Below, in pieces: positions 29,446-47,169 of a stretch of 64,000 bases of DNA. The translations under genes were made by a program, and so were the position numbers. Under the pieces are notes generated by a model. It did not search any database, had not been told where the DNA came from, and saw nothing but the letters and a program-made list of their open reading frames with translations. Origin of the DNA: the human T2T-CHM13v2.0 reference genome, Homo sapiens; NCBI RefSeq assembly GCF_009914755.1, contig NC_060925.1. One strand, given 5' to 3'. Each line of letters starts with the position of its first letter. Within the stretch, counting starts at the first letter, position 1.

Positions 29446-32400
29446 TTTTAAAAAGTATTGTATTATATTTAAAGTGGGTTTTGTAGAAAACATACAGCTA
29501 GGTCTTATTTTTTGATCCACTTTAACAATTTCTATCTTTTAATAGGTGCATTATATCATTGTTTTTCTATTTGTCGCCCTTGTTTTTGATTCCTATTTTT
29601 ATCTTCCATATTTTTTCTGCATTATATGGTTTTAATTGAGCATTTGATATGATTCTATTTTCTCTCCTTTTTTAGTATATCGGTTTTGCTTTTTAAATTT
29701 ATTTTTAGTGGTTGCCCTAGAGTTTGCCATATACATTTAAAACTCACTCAAGTATACTTTAAGTTACTCTACATTGCTTCAAAGGTAGTGTGAATATTTT
29801 ATAACAAAATCATCCTAATTTCTCCCTTCTTTACCCTTTTATTATTACTGTCATTTATTTCACTTATGTGAGCATATGAACAATGTATATGATATATAAA
29901 TGATGCGTACATATGCATACATAATCAAACACACTTTTGCTATTATTTTAATCTGTTATCTGTTAGATTACTTAAAAATAAGAAAAATAAAAGTTTTCAG
30001 TTTCACTTTACTTGTTTCTCCTTTGATGCTCTTCCTTTCTTTATGTAGATCAGAGTTTCTGACCTATATTATTTTCCATATCTCAAAATAACTTCTACTC
30101 ACATTACTAGCAAGGCAGGTATAGTGGCAACAAATTTCCTCGATCTTTGTCTGAGAAATTATTTTTCTTTCATTTTTAAAGAATAAATGCAGAAGATACA
30201 GAATTCTAAGTTAGTGGGGTTTTCTTTCAATACTTTTAAGTTTTTCACTCCATTCTCTTCTGCCTTGCATGGTTTCTGAAGAAAAGTCATATATAATTCT
30301 TATCTTCGTTCCATTATAGATAAGGTGGGTTGTTTTTTTTTTTTCCACTCTGGCTTCTTTTATTATTTTTTATCTTGAAAATGCCATATCTAGATGTAAA
30401 ATTTTTTGTTTGTTTGTATGTTTTGTTTTGGTTTATGTATCCTGCTTGATGTTTTCTGAGTTTCCTGGATCTTTGTTGATGGCTAATAATTTGGATATAT
30501 TCTCAGCCATTATTGTTTCAAATATTTCTTCTATTTTGTCCCTTACGCCCCCTTCAAGTACTCTTATTATGTGTAAATTACCCTCAATTTTCTATTAAAG
30601 TATCCTCAGTTTTGTAGATTCACTTCTTAGTTTTGTCCCATTTACTAATATGGTCATCAAAGACATTCTTTATTCCTCTTATAGTGTTTTTGATCTCTAG
30701 CATTTCTGTGTGGTCCTTTCTTAAGATTTTCATGTCTCTACTTATATTTTCTACCTGTTTTTGTATGCTGTCTATTTCATCCCTAGAGCCCTTAGCATAT
30801 TAATTACAGTGATTTTAAATTCTCAATCTGATGTCAACATTTCTACCATGTCTTGTTCTGATGCTTGCTCTGTCTCTTCAAATTGTATGTTTTTTTTCTT
30901 TTAGTATGCCTTGCATTTTTTTCCTGCTAGCTGAATATAATATAATGTGTAAAAGGAATTGCCGCTAACAGACCTCTAGTAATGTGATGGTAAGGTGTGC
31001 AATGAGGGGATCCTATTATTAGGTCCCCGTCTTTTAGGGAGCCTATGCCTCTTGACAATGAACTTCACATGTACTTCTGGGTTTTCCTTCTTAGGTGCAG
31101 CAGAGTGGTTAGTGTGGACTAGAGTTGGATATTTCCTCTTTGCCAAGTAGGGGGCTAGAGTGGACTGAAGTTGGGTATTTCTTCTACCACATAAAAGGTT
31201 ATTGCTGGCCAGGCATGGTGGCTCATGCTAGGTCTTATTAAGAAGAACAGAATGATCTAGCATGTTTCACAATGAAACCTCCACCAAACCCATCCCTGCT
31301 GCCAGAAACAACCGGGTTTTTTGTCCAATATTTACTCTGAGAACCTGGTTGTTATTCTGGAGGTAGAATTCACAAAAGTGTAGTAGCCTCACTATGACTG
31401 GTTCTCTTGAAATTTTTAATACTCAGATTATCCAAAGATCATCCAACAATTTCTTAATTACAATTTAGGTTTTCCTACCCTGGCACTAGTTCCTGTGGTT
31501 GTTTCTGCTTGTGATTCTCTACTCTGGTTGGCCATGACTCCATTTGTTTGCCTGTCTTTTTCTTCAGTCATGGGGACAGCAGTTTGCCTTTTGTCTGTCC
31601 CTCTCTTACGGATCCAAAAAGAAGTCGATTTTTCAGTCTGTTCAGTCTCTTACTTGTTGGGATAAGAGTAGCAAATTTCAAGCTTCTTATATGCAAAACC
31701 TTCCAACAGATTTTTGTATATTGATCCTATGCCCTTTAAACTTGCTGAACTTGTTTAATAGTAAGTACTTTAGTGGATTACTTCAGATTTTTCATATAAA
31801 GGATCATACCATCTGGAAATAAATATGGTTTTATATTTTTTCTAATCTGTGTGCCTATTATTTCATTTTTATGCCTCATTTCCCTGAATAGAACCTCCAG
31901 TAAAATGTTAACATAAAGTTTTATTACTGATCTTTTGGTAAGCTTTGAGTATTTCACCAATAAGTATACTAGTCAATAAGCTTTGCCTTTATTAGGTTGA
32001 ACAAGTTTTCACCTATTCCTGGTTTGTTGAATGCTTTTATCATAAAAGCATACTGGATTTTTAAAATGCTTTTTCTAAATCTACTGAGATAATCATGCCA
32101 GGTTTTTTAAAATTTATTTAATATTTTGTATTACATTAATTGTTTTTTAATGTTAAATAATGCTTGCCTTTCTCAGGTATATTCTACTTGATCTTAGCCT
32201 ATAATCCATTTTGCATTGTGTGAATTCAGTTTGATCGTATTTAGATAAGGATTTTTGCATAATATTAATAAACTTGGCATACATCTTTCTCTTTCTGTGA
32301 TGTGTTTCTTAAGTTTGGTATCAGGGAAATGTAACACTAGCCTCATACAACAAATTTTTAAAAGTTCGCACCTCTTTTATATTCTAAAAGTTTATGTAAT

Positions 32401-33300
32401 GATTGGCATTTTTTTTGTTAAAAGTATTAGAATTCACCAAAAAAGCCATCTAGGCCTGGAATTTTTTTATAGGAAGTATTTTTACTTCATAATTCACTCT
32501 TTAATTAATTTCATTATTGTTTCATTTGATATATTTTTCTCTTTTGTTCTATTTTCTTAGTGGTTGTCCTGGGGATTGTGAATAATATTTTAACTTAAAA
32601 CAATATAGTTCTGATTAATATCAACTAATTTTAAATACTACCTAATAATTTTGCTCCATGTCAACTACATTCCTTCCAGGTCCTTTTGTTCTGTTATTGC
32701 CATGTAAACTAAATTTTTATACATTTTTGTGAGCATCAACAGTTATATAATTATTGCTTGGTGCCATTGTCTCTTATATCAGATAAAAGTAGAAAAAATT
32801 ATAAAGAAAACACATTTTTATTAACAGTTTAGTTACATTTACTCATGTAATTTTCTTCTCTATGTGAATTGAGTTATTGTTTAGGGTCTTTTCAATTGAG
32901 CCTCAGGAATCCCTTTAATATTTCTTCTAGGCCAATTCTACAACTTATAAGATTTCATAGCTTTTGTTTATCAATGTATTCTTGATTTATTTTTTGTTTT
33001 AAAGGATAGTTACAATAGATATAGAACCAGTGCTTCATAGTTGTTTTGTTTTGTTTTGTTTTGTTTCAGTACTTGGGCTAATTCCACAGCCTTCTGGTCT
33101 CCACGGTTTCTGACAAGAAGTTAGCTGCTAATCTTACGAGCATGCCCTGATACTTTTTATTGAATCTTTTATGATTCACTCTGTGTCACTGAATTTCCAC
33201 AACTTGACTCTGATTGTGTCTAGGTGTTGATCTCTAAGTTTATACTACTTTGAGTTTATTAAGCTTCTTGAATGTACTACTTAAGTTTTACATCAAATAA

Positions 33301-34667
<1,367 letters not shown>

Positions 34668-34754
34668 TTATTTTTCTGTTGAGACATTCTAGGAAATTTT
34701 TCATTTCAATTACTGAACTTTTCACCTCTAGAATTTATGTTTGCCTATTTTTTA

Positions 34755-35904
<1,150 letters not shown>

Positions 35905-37439
35905 ATTTTTTTATAATTCTATTCCTGTATTCATATTCTCTATTGAGTGAGAAATCATTGTTATAATCATTTTGCCTGGTTGCTGTTTTAAGGATATTTT
36001 AAATTCTTTGTTTGGTTCATTCAACATTTGGGCTTCCTTGGGGATAATTCCATCAACTGCTTTCTACCATGTGTACAGGACACACTTTTCTATTTTTTGT
36101 TTAACTTTTTGTTGTTGTTTTAAAAGTTGCCATTTTAATAATCTAATGGATAACATTTTAAATCAAATTTTCTCACAGGGTTTCTTCTTGTGGTTGAGTA
36201 TAGTGGTTTTCATTATCATGTGTGTTTGTTGCTCAGTGAATTTGTTGGGCTAATTCTGTAATATCTATATTGTTTTTCATGTGCAAGCACTTGATGCCTT
36301 TGCTTAATTAGCCTAGTAATCATTAAATTATTGGACAAAAATTTCTGTTAAATATCTTAGGCCAGTATGTATTTTAGCCAGCTGAGTGATTCTGTGTGTA
36401 TGTTGAGACAAGTCTCTGTGCTCTGAAAGGCAGTTTATTACTCTGTTTTAGCCTCTATTTCCCACTTGAGCAATACCTTAAGGTCAACCAGAATTGAGAA
36501 ATTAAGGCCTTCTCAGGTATTTTCTTGGCTTGTACACAACATTTCAAATGTTCACGGCCTTTTATGTTCCCAGGAATTTGTTGAGTCTATAAAAATTTCC
36601 CAGGTACAGCCATTTCCAAACTTTTTTCTGGCCAATGTCTTCTTCAATTAACTGGTAATATTGTCACAGACAGTTTTCATATTAAATACTTCTTGTTTCT
36701 TGGTTTTGACAAATTCCCTGAGGATAAGGCTATTTGAACAAAGTTAACTCAAAGTTAGATAAAATAATAACAAGCTCTAAGAATAGAGCTCTTCAACAAG
36801 CTGCAAAGTTAGAAAATGATAATTCTCTAATAATGGGGGTCCTGGAGAGCTCTAAATCCATCTACCCCCTCCAGATGCTACTAAGGTACTAGTTTTAATA
36901 GGTACCGTACTTGTGAAATTCTTGATTTTCAAGACTATGATGGAGTGATCAGAAAAGGATAGGATTAGGGCAAATTAAAAAGCTAAAGACTCACTGTTCT
37001 TATCAGGATTCAGTCATTTTTCTTTAATTCAATCATTTTGGCTGGTTGAAATTAACAAGTTCTGAAAAAGTTGATAATGACAGCTCTCACCATGATCTCA
37101 TAGTTTTTATTAAAAAGCTAGTTTTCAGAAGTTCTTACTCCACCGTTATAGTAGTGGGAAACTTTATATTATAGTATTGTGCTCTAATAAACCGTGAATA
37201 CAACCCATAATCGGAGAATGGGAAGCCAACTTAATCTAACAATAAAATACTTAAAGGTAGCTTATAAAAGTTAAATGTTTTGACACACTTTTGGATTCAT
37301 ATTATTGCAATTAAAAATCGGAAAGCAGTCTTAATCCATATATCAGGTTTGAAAAGTTTATTTTTGTGGATTACTTACCAAATGATGTTTAGTACGCAGT
37401 ATCATCTTTGCAAAAATTAGCTAACTTACTGCTTACAGT

Positions 37440-37590
37440 AACTATATAAGGAAATTGAAGCCCAGAGAGAAAAGCGAGGCACAGACAGAAAAGATAATTT
37501 GATCGAAGTCCGTATTTACCAAGTGAGACAGTCAAGGCTAGGATGAGGCCCTCATATTGTGGAGTCCATGACCATGGTCATAATACTTAA
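37440..37590 (-). mobile_element. MIR fragment
   Basis: ATAAGGAAATTGAAGCCCAGAGAG core-like motif. Confidence 0.5.
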
Positions 37591-39599
37591 TGTTCCTCAT
37601 ATAGAATATAATGGCTTAGACATCCCTGACCCATGGATAAATAAGCATTGCAGGTTCCTAGCCATCTGGAAGTCTCACCTTAAGGGTGACACAGAGCTTT
37701 TCATAAAGCACTAGTTGAACAAAATATTTTCCTACTTCACAATTTTGTCATTAAATCTGATATAGACTAAGTGTACATTTCTAAATTTTAAGTATGTACC
37801 AATTTAAGATATAGGAATAAGAAATTGATAGCTCATTAACAAAAATTCCAAAGCAAATGGGCTAATAGTTGGAACATGAGTAGATTAATACTGAGCAGAA
37901 TAAGGCAGAATTATCACTTCTTTATACAGACTCATTGCAATTTATCTTTAACACAATTTATTGGTATCTACTTTGGTACTTAGGAGAATGTAGGCAAAAT
38001 GTATTTATTGACTAATGACTGCAACTGAAATGTGTTGCAATAAACTGATAATTGAATGATACTGAGGAGAGCTAGGTTCTAGTTCAGCTCTCCTTTCTTC
38101 TTTCTTGAAAAATAATTTCACCATTCCAGGTCTCAAGTTTCTTAGAAAAAAATGAAAATTTGGGTAGAACACCTTTAACAGTCATTCCAATCAACACAAT
38201 TTGCTTGTCAAATATAAGGAAATTTATACCATAAATTTCTTTGAAACAAAAAATATATATTTTCTGCAGTTTCTTGTTTATATGTGAAGATATAACAATT
38301 ATTCAAAAATACAAAAGGCACAGATCCTACCCTCAAAGATAGATAACAAAATTATAAGACAGAAATATTCAGACCAGAGCAGATCAAGAATAGTTTGGTG
38401 CAGTCTGAAATTTTATCATTAACTATGTAGACAGTTCTCATAGTTGATGAAAATGTAGCTGAAGTGGTGTTTAATTGGAAATTTCTTGATTAGCCACTGC
38501 AACTCTAATGAATGCAAATTTTAACACTTTCAAAATTATATCCTACTGTGTGAATCTTTTTTATGCAATCAACAACAAAACTAAGTACTGATTTACTAAA
38601 ATGATGCTAAAAGTTATTATTTTATTGTTAATCAAATTTCACTTTCCATCTTTCTAAAAACTAAATTTGTATATGCTTTTGTCTATGTAACATAGTGGGA
38701 TTCTGTTGGAATCTTAACTAGTAAACTACTTACTTCTAACTCTAATTTAGTCAAGGAAAAATATATCAGAAATAAAGTGTATTTTAAATTATTATTTTAA
38801 CAAAAACAAGTCATAAAGAAGCAATATAATTGTTTAGGTATCTTTTTTTACGTACTTCAACAATATCTACCAAGCACAGTTTGTTGTACCACTGGAAATT
38901 TGCTTCAGATCCAGAACTTCTCGTTAAAGTTCACAATGATAGTATGAGATAAGAAAGGAAGAAGATATCTACTCATTTGCAGAAACAGAGGAATGTATTA
39001 TTTTGCAAACATTCATTCATAAACATGGGATAAGAGAGTTGGAAACAAACCTAAGTTTTTCTAATTCAACATTTTTTTTTTCATTTCATGGGGAGGAAAA
39101 ATAATCCCACTTGCTCCCAACCCCATCATCATAGCCATTTGTGATTTATAAGCTGTGCCTCTACTTTAGAATCTGGAAGATAAATCCGATTCTTGAGTAC
39201 CTGTTGAGTGTTTTCTGCTAAACTACATTACCTTTTGAAAAGTCAACTTATTTTTCACTAAAATAGGATAAACAAAATCTTGTCAAGAGCAAACTGATAT
39301 AAGAGTTCTTCAATGTTAATCACAACTTTTACTGATTAGTCTGCACATAATAACTTGTGCTTCTTTATTAAATACATTTAAATATTCTGTCCTGAACTAG
39401 TTTACTTAGGGACTACAGCATAACCACTTAGTTGAACTAAGTAATACTTATGAAGTGCTTAATAATATTGAGAAAGGCTATCACAAATCAATGTGATATT
39501 GGTTGAAAATAGTGATTCAAGATAGTTAATCTGCAGGAATTTGGATTTGCCTTTAATGCAATTTGAAAGCTATTGTGTTGATTTGGATTTGATATGCAT

Positions 39600-40045
39600 C
39601 ATATATTTTCACGTCATTCACCTATTGAAACACCCAGGATTTGCACAAAATGTGGAAGATCACATTCATTTCTACCTCTGAGTTTGCCTGCAGCCAGTGT
39701 AGCTTTCATGCTTACACTTTCCCACTACTCCTTTAAGGACTTTTTCCAGAAACATTGCAGCTTCCTTGAAAAAAACAAACTTAAGATGGAATTAATGACT
39801 CCAAAGTAATCCTCAGCTCCTGAAGGACAATATGTGAATAACCCGGATTCACCGTATTCTGGTGGGACAATTTTGAGGCAATATAAGACAGAACAATCCA
39901 ATCATGAATGCACATTTTATTGGCTTTTCCCCTTCCTTCTTTCATATTTCTCATTGCCTCACTTGTTCCTCCTGGTGTCACCTCCCAAGACCAGTACTCA
40001 AGACTTTCTCTTAAAGTTTGTTTTCATAAAAACGTAAATAAGACA
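39600..40045 (+). mobile_element. LTR16-family solo LTR (ERVL)
   Basis: GGTGGGACAATTTTGAGGC and TTGGCTTTTCCCCTTCCTT...GTCACCTCCCAA...TAAGACA terminus. Confidence 0.7.
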
Positions 40046-41433
40046 TTGGGTTGGGAGTATTCTTCACTGTTAATTATTTAAGTCATAAAAGTGAACCACC
40101 TTAATTTCTCACACTTATATTCACGGAGCTAATAACCTGTTGGCAGCGATGACTATGAATTATATAAAATAGTATATACAAACTGGTTAAGTATAGATTT
40201 CTATTTTATAGAACTTTAAAATGTACAGGGCACCTTAGAATATATAGTAGAACAGTTCACACCTGAATAATAATGGTGTATGAATTTACTTAGAAATTTG
40301 ACGTTTTAAGTTCAAGAAATGGTATGGCAATAAACTCATGCTAAATGACCTAAATTGCTGGTTGGAGATTCTTCAAAGATGTGTGTTGGTGTCTTAAATA
40401 CAATATCTTATTTTTAAGTGTTTTAATAATCTATATTTTTTCTTCTTTTTCAAGAATCTTTATGTGAGAATTTGTCATAATGCTTTTATATGACTCTACT
40501 TCAATTAAACATGAACTTTCTGTACATAAATATTGGACATTCCATTCTAGCAGCAGAACGGGTTAGTGAAATTATGGCTCAGAATCAGCTCATATGATAA
40601 ATACCAGGGTGTTTTAGAGGCAGAAAATACAGTACAAGTATGTCAGTCATTATATGAAAAGAAAACAGTCTCCAAGTCACTTTTAGAAGCCAATATACAC
40701 CATGAAAATAAGACTCAACAAGAAAACTACAGATCTATTCCATATTCCTCATAAATAAAAATATCCTTAATAATATTTAAAATACTTTAATATATGTATT
40801 ATATATATAATGTGTATGTGTATGTGTGTGTGAGTCCATGTATGTGTGTGTGGTTTTATGTGTATTTCAAATATCATAGTATATCCAAGCAGAAATAAAC
40901 TTGGTTTTATCTACCAAGCTCTATCAAGGGCATTACAATTTTCTTTACAAAATAATTTTTAAAAGGTAGTACATACTATATAATGAGAACTATGCACACT
41001 TCGGTATACAAAGACCATTAATTTAAGCATACCTGGAAACTCTTGCACATGTGAATGAATGTGTTTATAATTGAAAATATTTGAAATCAACTTCTTTCCA
41101 ATAATGAAAACTCTTTGCAAGGGGAATGTTTCATTCAATCCCTGTTTTTCTCTCCCATATAGTGCTAATCTTTACATCTTGAACATGCGTGCTCTACATT
41201 TTTATTGAATCCACTCTGTAATATTAGGGACCATATAGTATAGTAAAACATTCTTGTACTTTCTTCTCTAATTTTTTTTATTTTTACATAAGCTTTATTA
41301 TTATTACTTATCTTTTGAAGTGGATACCTCCATTCAGTATGCTGCAAAATACTGGCTCCCTGCCCTTAACTCGCTAAGAAAGGCTTCTTTTTCTTTGCTT
41401 AGTGATAATTCATCAGTGAACCTCTTGCTTTAC

Positions 41434-41788
41434 TCTATTAGTCCGTGTTCACGCTGCTGATAAAGTCATACTTGAGACTTGGGGAAAAAAGAGGTTTAAT
41501 TGGACTTAGAGTTCCACATGGCTGGGGAGGCCTCAGAATCATAGCAGGAGGCAAAAGGCACTTCTTATATGGCAGCAGCAAGAGAAAATGAGGACGATGC
41601 AAAAGCGAAAACCCCTGATAAAACCATCAGATCTCGTGAGACTTATTCACTGCCAGGAGAACAGTATGGGGGAAACCGCCCCCATGATTCAAATGATCTC
41701 CCACTGCGTCCCTCCCACAACACGTGGGAATTATGGGAGTATAATTAAAGATGAGATTTGGGTAAGGGCACAGAGCCAAACCATATCA
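41434..41788 (-). mobile_element. THE1A solo LTR
   Basis: TATTAGTCCGTGTTCACGCTGCTGATAAAG...GCAAAAGCGAAAACCCCTGATAAAACCATCAG...AGCCAAACCATATCA. TSD TTTAC at 41429-41433 and 41789-41793. Confidence 0.93.
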
Positions 41789-41925
41789 TTTACCTAAAGC
41801 CATATTTTTTCTCTGTTCCCCACCAAATCTAGAAATCAAACAGTGCTTGGAACACAGTAGTTCACAATAATTGTTAAGTAGGGAGGGTCAACATTCTGAA
41901 GTGATGTAAGGAGAAGAGTCATTTC

Positions 41926-42245
<320 letters not shown>

Positions 42246-42290
42246 GAGAAGAGTCATTTCGTAATTAATTCTGAGTTAAAAGCATCTTCT

Positions 42291-42664
<374 letters not shown>

Positions 42665-43114
42665 CTACTTAAAATCTTCCCATCCCCAATACAGCAGCAT
42701 GCTTTGCCATTTAACATTATTTTCAGCAAAATTTTACTATACTTTTAATTTTTAAGGGCTTTCACAGGTATATCTGAAAGTATCTTTGGTTCAATTAGAT
42801 GATTTTATTTCCATCTAATAATGGAATTTTGGTAAATGTTAGAAGAGGTTGATAGTCTATTGTGGTACTAATTTATAGTCATTATATATTTATTCATTCA
42901 GTAAATATTTTTTATGCTCTCAGTGTTCTAATCATTATTGCATTTATGACTAGCTACAAATCTATGCTTGTTTAAGAGCTATTCAGTAATCAACAAGCTC
43001 TATGCTAGTTTCTCAGAATAATAAATCCTTTGTGACATCGAGTTCACCGTCTAGTAGTGGAAATAGTAAAGAAATGGGAAAATTGCAATATTGTGAAATT
43101 AATGTAACAAAAGG

Positions 43115-43495
43115 TGCCTTAGTCCATTTGCTGCTGCAGATAATACCTTAGGCTTGGTAATTGGTAAATAATAGAAATTTATTTCTCACAGTTCTGGAGA
43201 CTGGAGTTACAGCACCAGAAGAATTGGTGTCTGGTGATGGCATCTTCTATTCCTCCTCAAATGGCAAAAAAAAGACACAAAGTAGGGACAAATGTTGTGT
43301 CCTTATGTGGCAGAAGAAATGGAAGGGTGAAGCAGTTCTCTGGAAGCCTCATTTATAAGGGCATAAATCCAATTCATAATGGTGGAAACCTAATGACTTA
43401 ATCACTTCCCACAAGGTCCCTCTTCATGCCATTAACTTGGGGTATAAGATGCAATATACAAATTTTGGAGGGACACATACATTCAAACAATAGCA
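43115..43495 (-). mobile_element. MSTD/MLT1A-type MaLR solo LTR
   Basis: TGCCTTAGTCCATTTG...AAATTTATTTCTCACAGTTCTGGAG...TTTTGGAGGGACACATACATTCAAACAATAGCA. Confidence 0.85.
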
Positions 43496-43614
43496 ATTGG
43501 GACAAATATTCACTTTAGTGGAAATACAAGAAGTCACCTAGCCCATCCTGGGTGAGTGGGGAGACACGCAGAGCTTTATCAAAGACTAGCTTCAAAGTCA
43601 TGACCTTAGATAAA

Positions 43615-44057
43615 CAGTTGACTCTTGAACAACACAGGATTTAGCTGTGCAAGTCCACTTATAAGGACATTTTATTTCACCTCTGCCACCCCTGAGAAAG
43701 CAAGACCAGCCCTGCCCTTCCTCTACCTCCTCAACCTACTCAATATGAAGATGACATGATGAAGTTGAAGACCTTTATGATAATTCACTTCCACTTAATA
43801 AAGGATAAATAAATTTTCTCTTCCTTATGATTTTCTTAATAACATTTTATTTTCTCTTTCGTACTTTCTTGTATGAATACAGTATATAATACATATACCA
43901 TATATAAAATGTGTTAATCAACCGTATATGTTATTGGCAAGGCTTCTGGTAAAAGTGGGTTATTAATAGTTAAGATTTGAGAAGTTAAAGTTATACACTG
44001 ATTTTTAACTGTGTGGGGGTCAACACCCCAACCCCCATGTAGTTCAAGGGTCAACTC
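43615..44057 (+). mobile_element. Tigger2a (MER28) with both TIRs
   Basis: TIRs CAGTTGACTCTTGAACAACAC and TAGTTCAAGGGTCAACT. Internal CCTCTGCCACCCCTGAGAAAGCAAGACC. Confidence 0.9.
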
Positions 44058-44136
44058 TAGTTCATATATAGCTAGTTAGCCAGATGAGTGATGTGAGGAT
44101 GGGGACAGAGAATAGAAAAGTACTCCAGTGAGAAAG

Positions 44137-44667
44137 TGTCAAAGATAAAGCTGAACACTAAAGTGCTAAGGACAGATTGTAATCAGTAATATATTAGTGT
44201 GGTTGGAAAGAGTCCAGCATGAACTGAATTCAACTTGATTTTCATAGAGGTAACGGCATTTTAGAAAGAGTATGAGGGAATAAAGGTAATGAACATGGGC
44301 TCACTAAAGTCAGGGAAATAAAAAAGTTATTAAAATGAGGAGTGGGGGTTTAGTCAATGTGAAACCCATTTTGGGTTTGTTAACTGAGAGTTATCAGAGT
44401 TAGGCTCCTACTTTCTCATACAGGCTGGGAGACACGGGCCCTATCTTTAGGTGTTGAATGACAAACACTCAAGTCCTTTAGCAGTCTTGAGTTTTCTCAC
44501 ACAGGCACTTTAAGGGGGCCAAGGGTCATTCTAGGGACGTAGCCTTTAGGTGTTAGAAACAATGTTTGTTTTTTGTTCAGGTCTTTACATGTCAAGGTTA
44601 CAGCCTAACTGAGAAGAGGGCTCAGAGGAGCCTGGCTAAAATTTGGTCAAAGAGAGAATCTTTGTAA
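44137..44667 (-). mobile_element. MER67-family solo LTR (ERV1)
   Basis: Termini TGTCAAAGATAAA and GGGCTCAGAGGAGCCTGGCTAAAATTTGGTCAAAGAGAGAATCTTTGT. Confidence 0.85.
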
Positions 44668-44732
44668 AGAGTATTACATATATAACAACAGAGAGGCAGA
44701 AGAAATATACTGTTTTAAGTATTGAAAGTGGC

Positions 44733-45040
44733 TTTATCAGTCATGATATAGTAGGTTACAATGCAGTAACAAACTAAGAATTCCTAATGATTTAATACAT
44801 CAGAGGTTTATTTCTCACATATACCAAGTCAGCGGTGTTTTCAATACTTCTTAATGGCAACTCCCTCCCATGTGATGACTCAGAGATATGATGGGTCTGC
44901 CTTATCAACAATGGCTTCCAGGGTGCTACAGCCTGGAAACAGAGAACAGGTTGCTCATGTGGAGCATTTTCTTTGCCTAAGTCCAGAAGTTTTCATTGTT
45001 AGTTCTGCTCATAATTCATTAGCCAGAACAAACCACATTG
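44733..45040 (-). mobile_element. Old MLT1 (J/K-like) LTR fragment
   Basis: TAGGTTACAATGCAGTAACAAAC...GGTTTATTTCTCAC...TTCTGCTCATAATTCATTAGCCAGAAC. Confidence 0.7.
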
Positions 45041-45599
45041 TAAATGAGAGAAATTCAATTTAAAGAAGGTTACACAGAAAATAGGAATTAAAGAGAATAA
45101 ATCTGATATTTTTTAAAAAGTAAAAGAATTTAAAACATACAAATCTTGGTAAAAGAATGAACAAGAACTAGAACAGAATACATCCATAACAGAAATTTAT
45201 GCAAATTCTGTTTATGATACCAGCATCAATGAATGGTGTGACTTATCTCCTTGTATATTTCCATTTCCCTTTTTCCAAGTCTCACATTCCCAAGAGAAGA
45301 AATCCAATTGTCTCAGCTCAGGCCTGTTTTCTCCTTCTGGATCGTTCAGCTATGACAGGAGAGGCACTGCCAATTTAGCTAGATATTGCTACAATATTCA
45401 CTTTCATTATACAGAGAACATTCCGAGAAAGAGGAAATCATGTCACCAATTTGACACTGAAGGGACATCTACTGAAATAAGTAGTATGAATATTTTTGAT
45501 AAAGAAAGGTATAAATAGCAGGATATCCTATGAAGTAATAATTTACTTCATTAAACTTCAATTACTTCAATAACTAAAACATCAACTGGCAAGTTTCGT

Positions 45600-46465
45600 A
45601 CTTCAACATAGGACTGACCTCTTTCAATCACATGATAGTTGCCCTGCTTTTCAGGGGAATGAGCAGACAGAAAGTTGAATTAGGAGAGTTGAGAATAAAT
45701 AGGTTGTACCTTTTTTCTTGCCCAAGACTCTGAAGGCAGCCACAATGCTTTATACATAAATGTGCTTATACTGTCAATGTAAATATGAAAATCAGTGGAA
45801 GTGGACTTCAGATATATCTCAGCAGCAGAGGGCCAAAGAAATGGAAGATAAAAGACTTCAATGGTTAAAAAATATACTCCCAATGCTCTAAAGAAGATAT
45901 ACAGTGGGGGGAAATGTGTCCTCAGCAAGAGAATGTGGCTGAGAGTAAACTATTCCAGTTTAACAGGGTGGAGCAGAGTGGGGTACAGAGCGTTTTCCCA
46001 ACATTTGACGAAGTCACTGTAGAAGCTAGTATGAAAGAATCCCAAGTAGACATCAAATAGGAGATGCAACGAGACGTCAGGGGATTAGCTCCAGCAAAAG
46101 CCAAGATAGAACGGAATTAATGGAAAAAGACTGCAAAGGCTTCCTGGAGCAATCACCTCAGATTGTGCCAAACAACCATAGATACATTTTTATCAGCATG
46201 AGCACAGACCAGTCGCATCCTTCCACAATGGCGTTAAACTTATCCTGAATCCAGACATAATCCCAATATCTGAGGCAGATGAGCAGCTCCTTGAACTGAT
46301 GAAATATTAAATTAAAGTGACTGATAAATCACTGGAATTGAGCTAATTTGGCCGAAAGCATCCAGATTAACATTTTAGCTTCAGACAGACTGGAGCTCAG
46401 AGTCAGAGTTTTAAATCACTACAAGAAATAAAAAAAAAAAAATTCTATGGAAACTGTAATATTAT
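45600..46465. other. Unassigned purine-rich, higher-GC segment, possibly an ancient LTR
   Basis: Composition differs from the flanks and it ends in AAATAAA plus an A-run. No family recognised. Confidence 0.3.
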
Positions 46466-46634
46466 CCCTTCTACATGTTTCTAAACTTTGGAATAAAAAG
46501 CAAAAGTATAGTGAATATGTTCAATTTTAAAGGCACAATGCAAATATGCCTTAAGAAATTAAATTAATAGCTTGTTATAATAAAAGGAGGTAAAGAGAAA
46601 TTGATGTGAAGTCTAGACTTGAGACTCTAAAATC

Positions 46635-47169
<535 letters not shown>

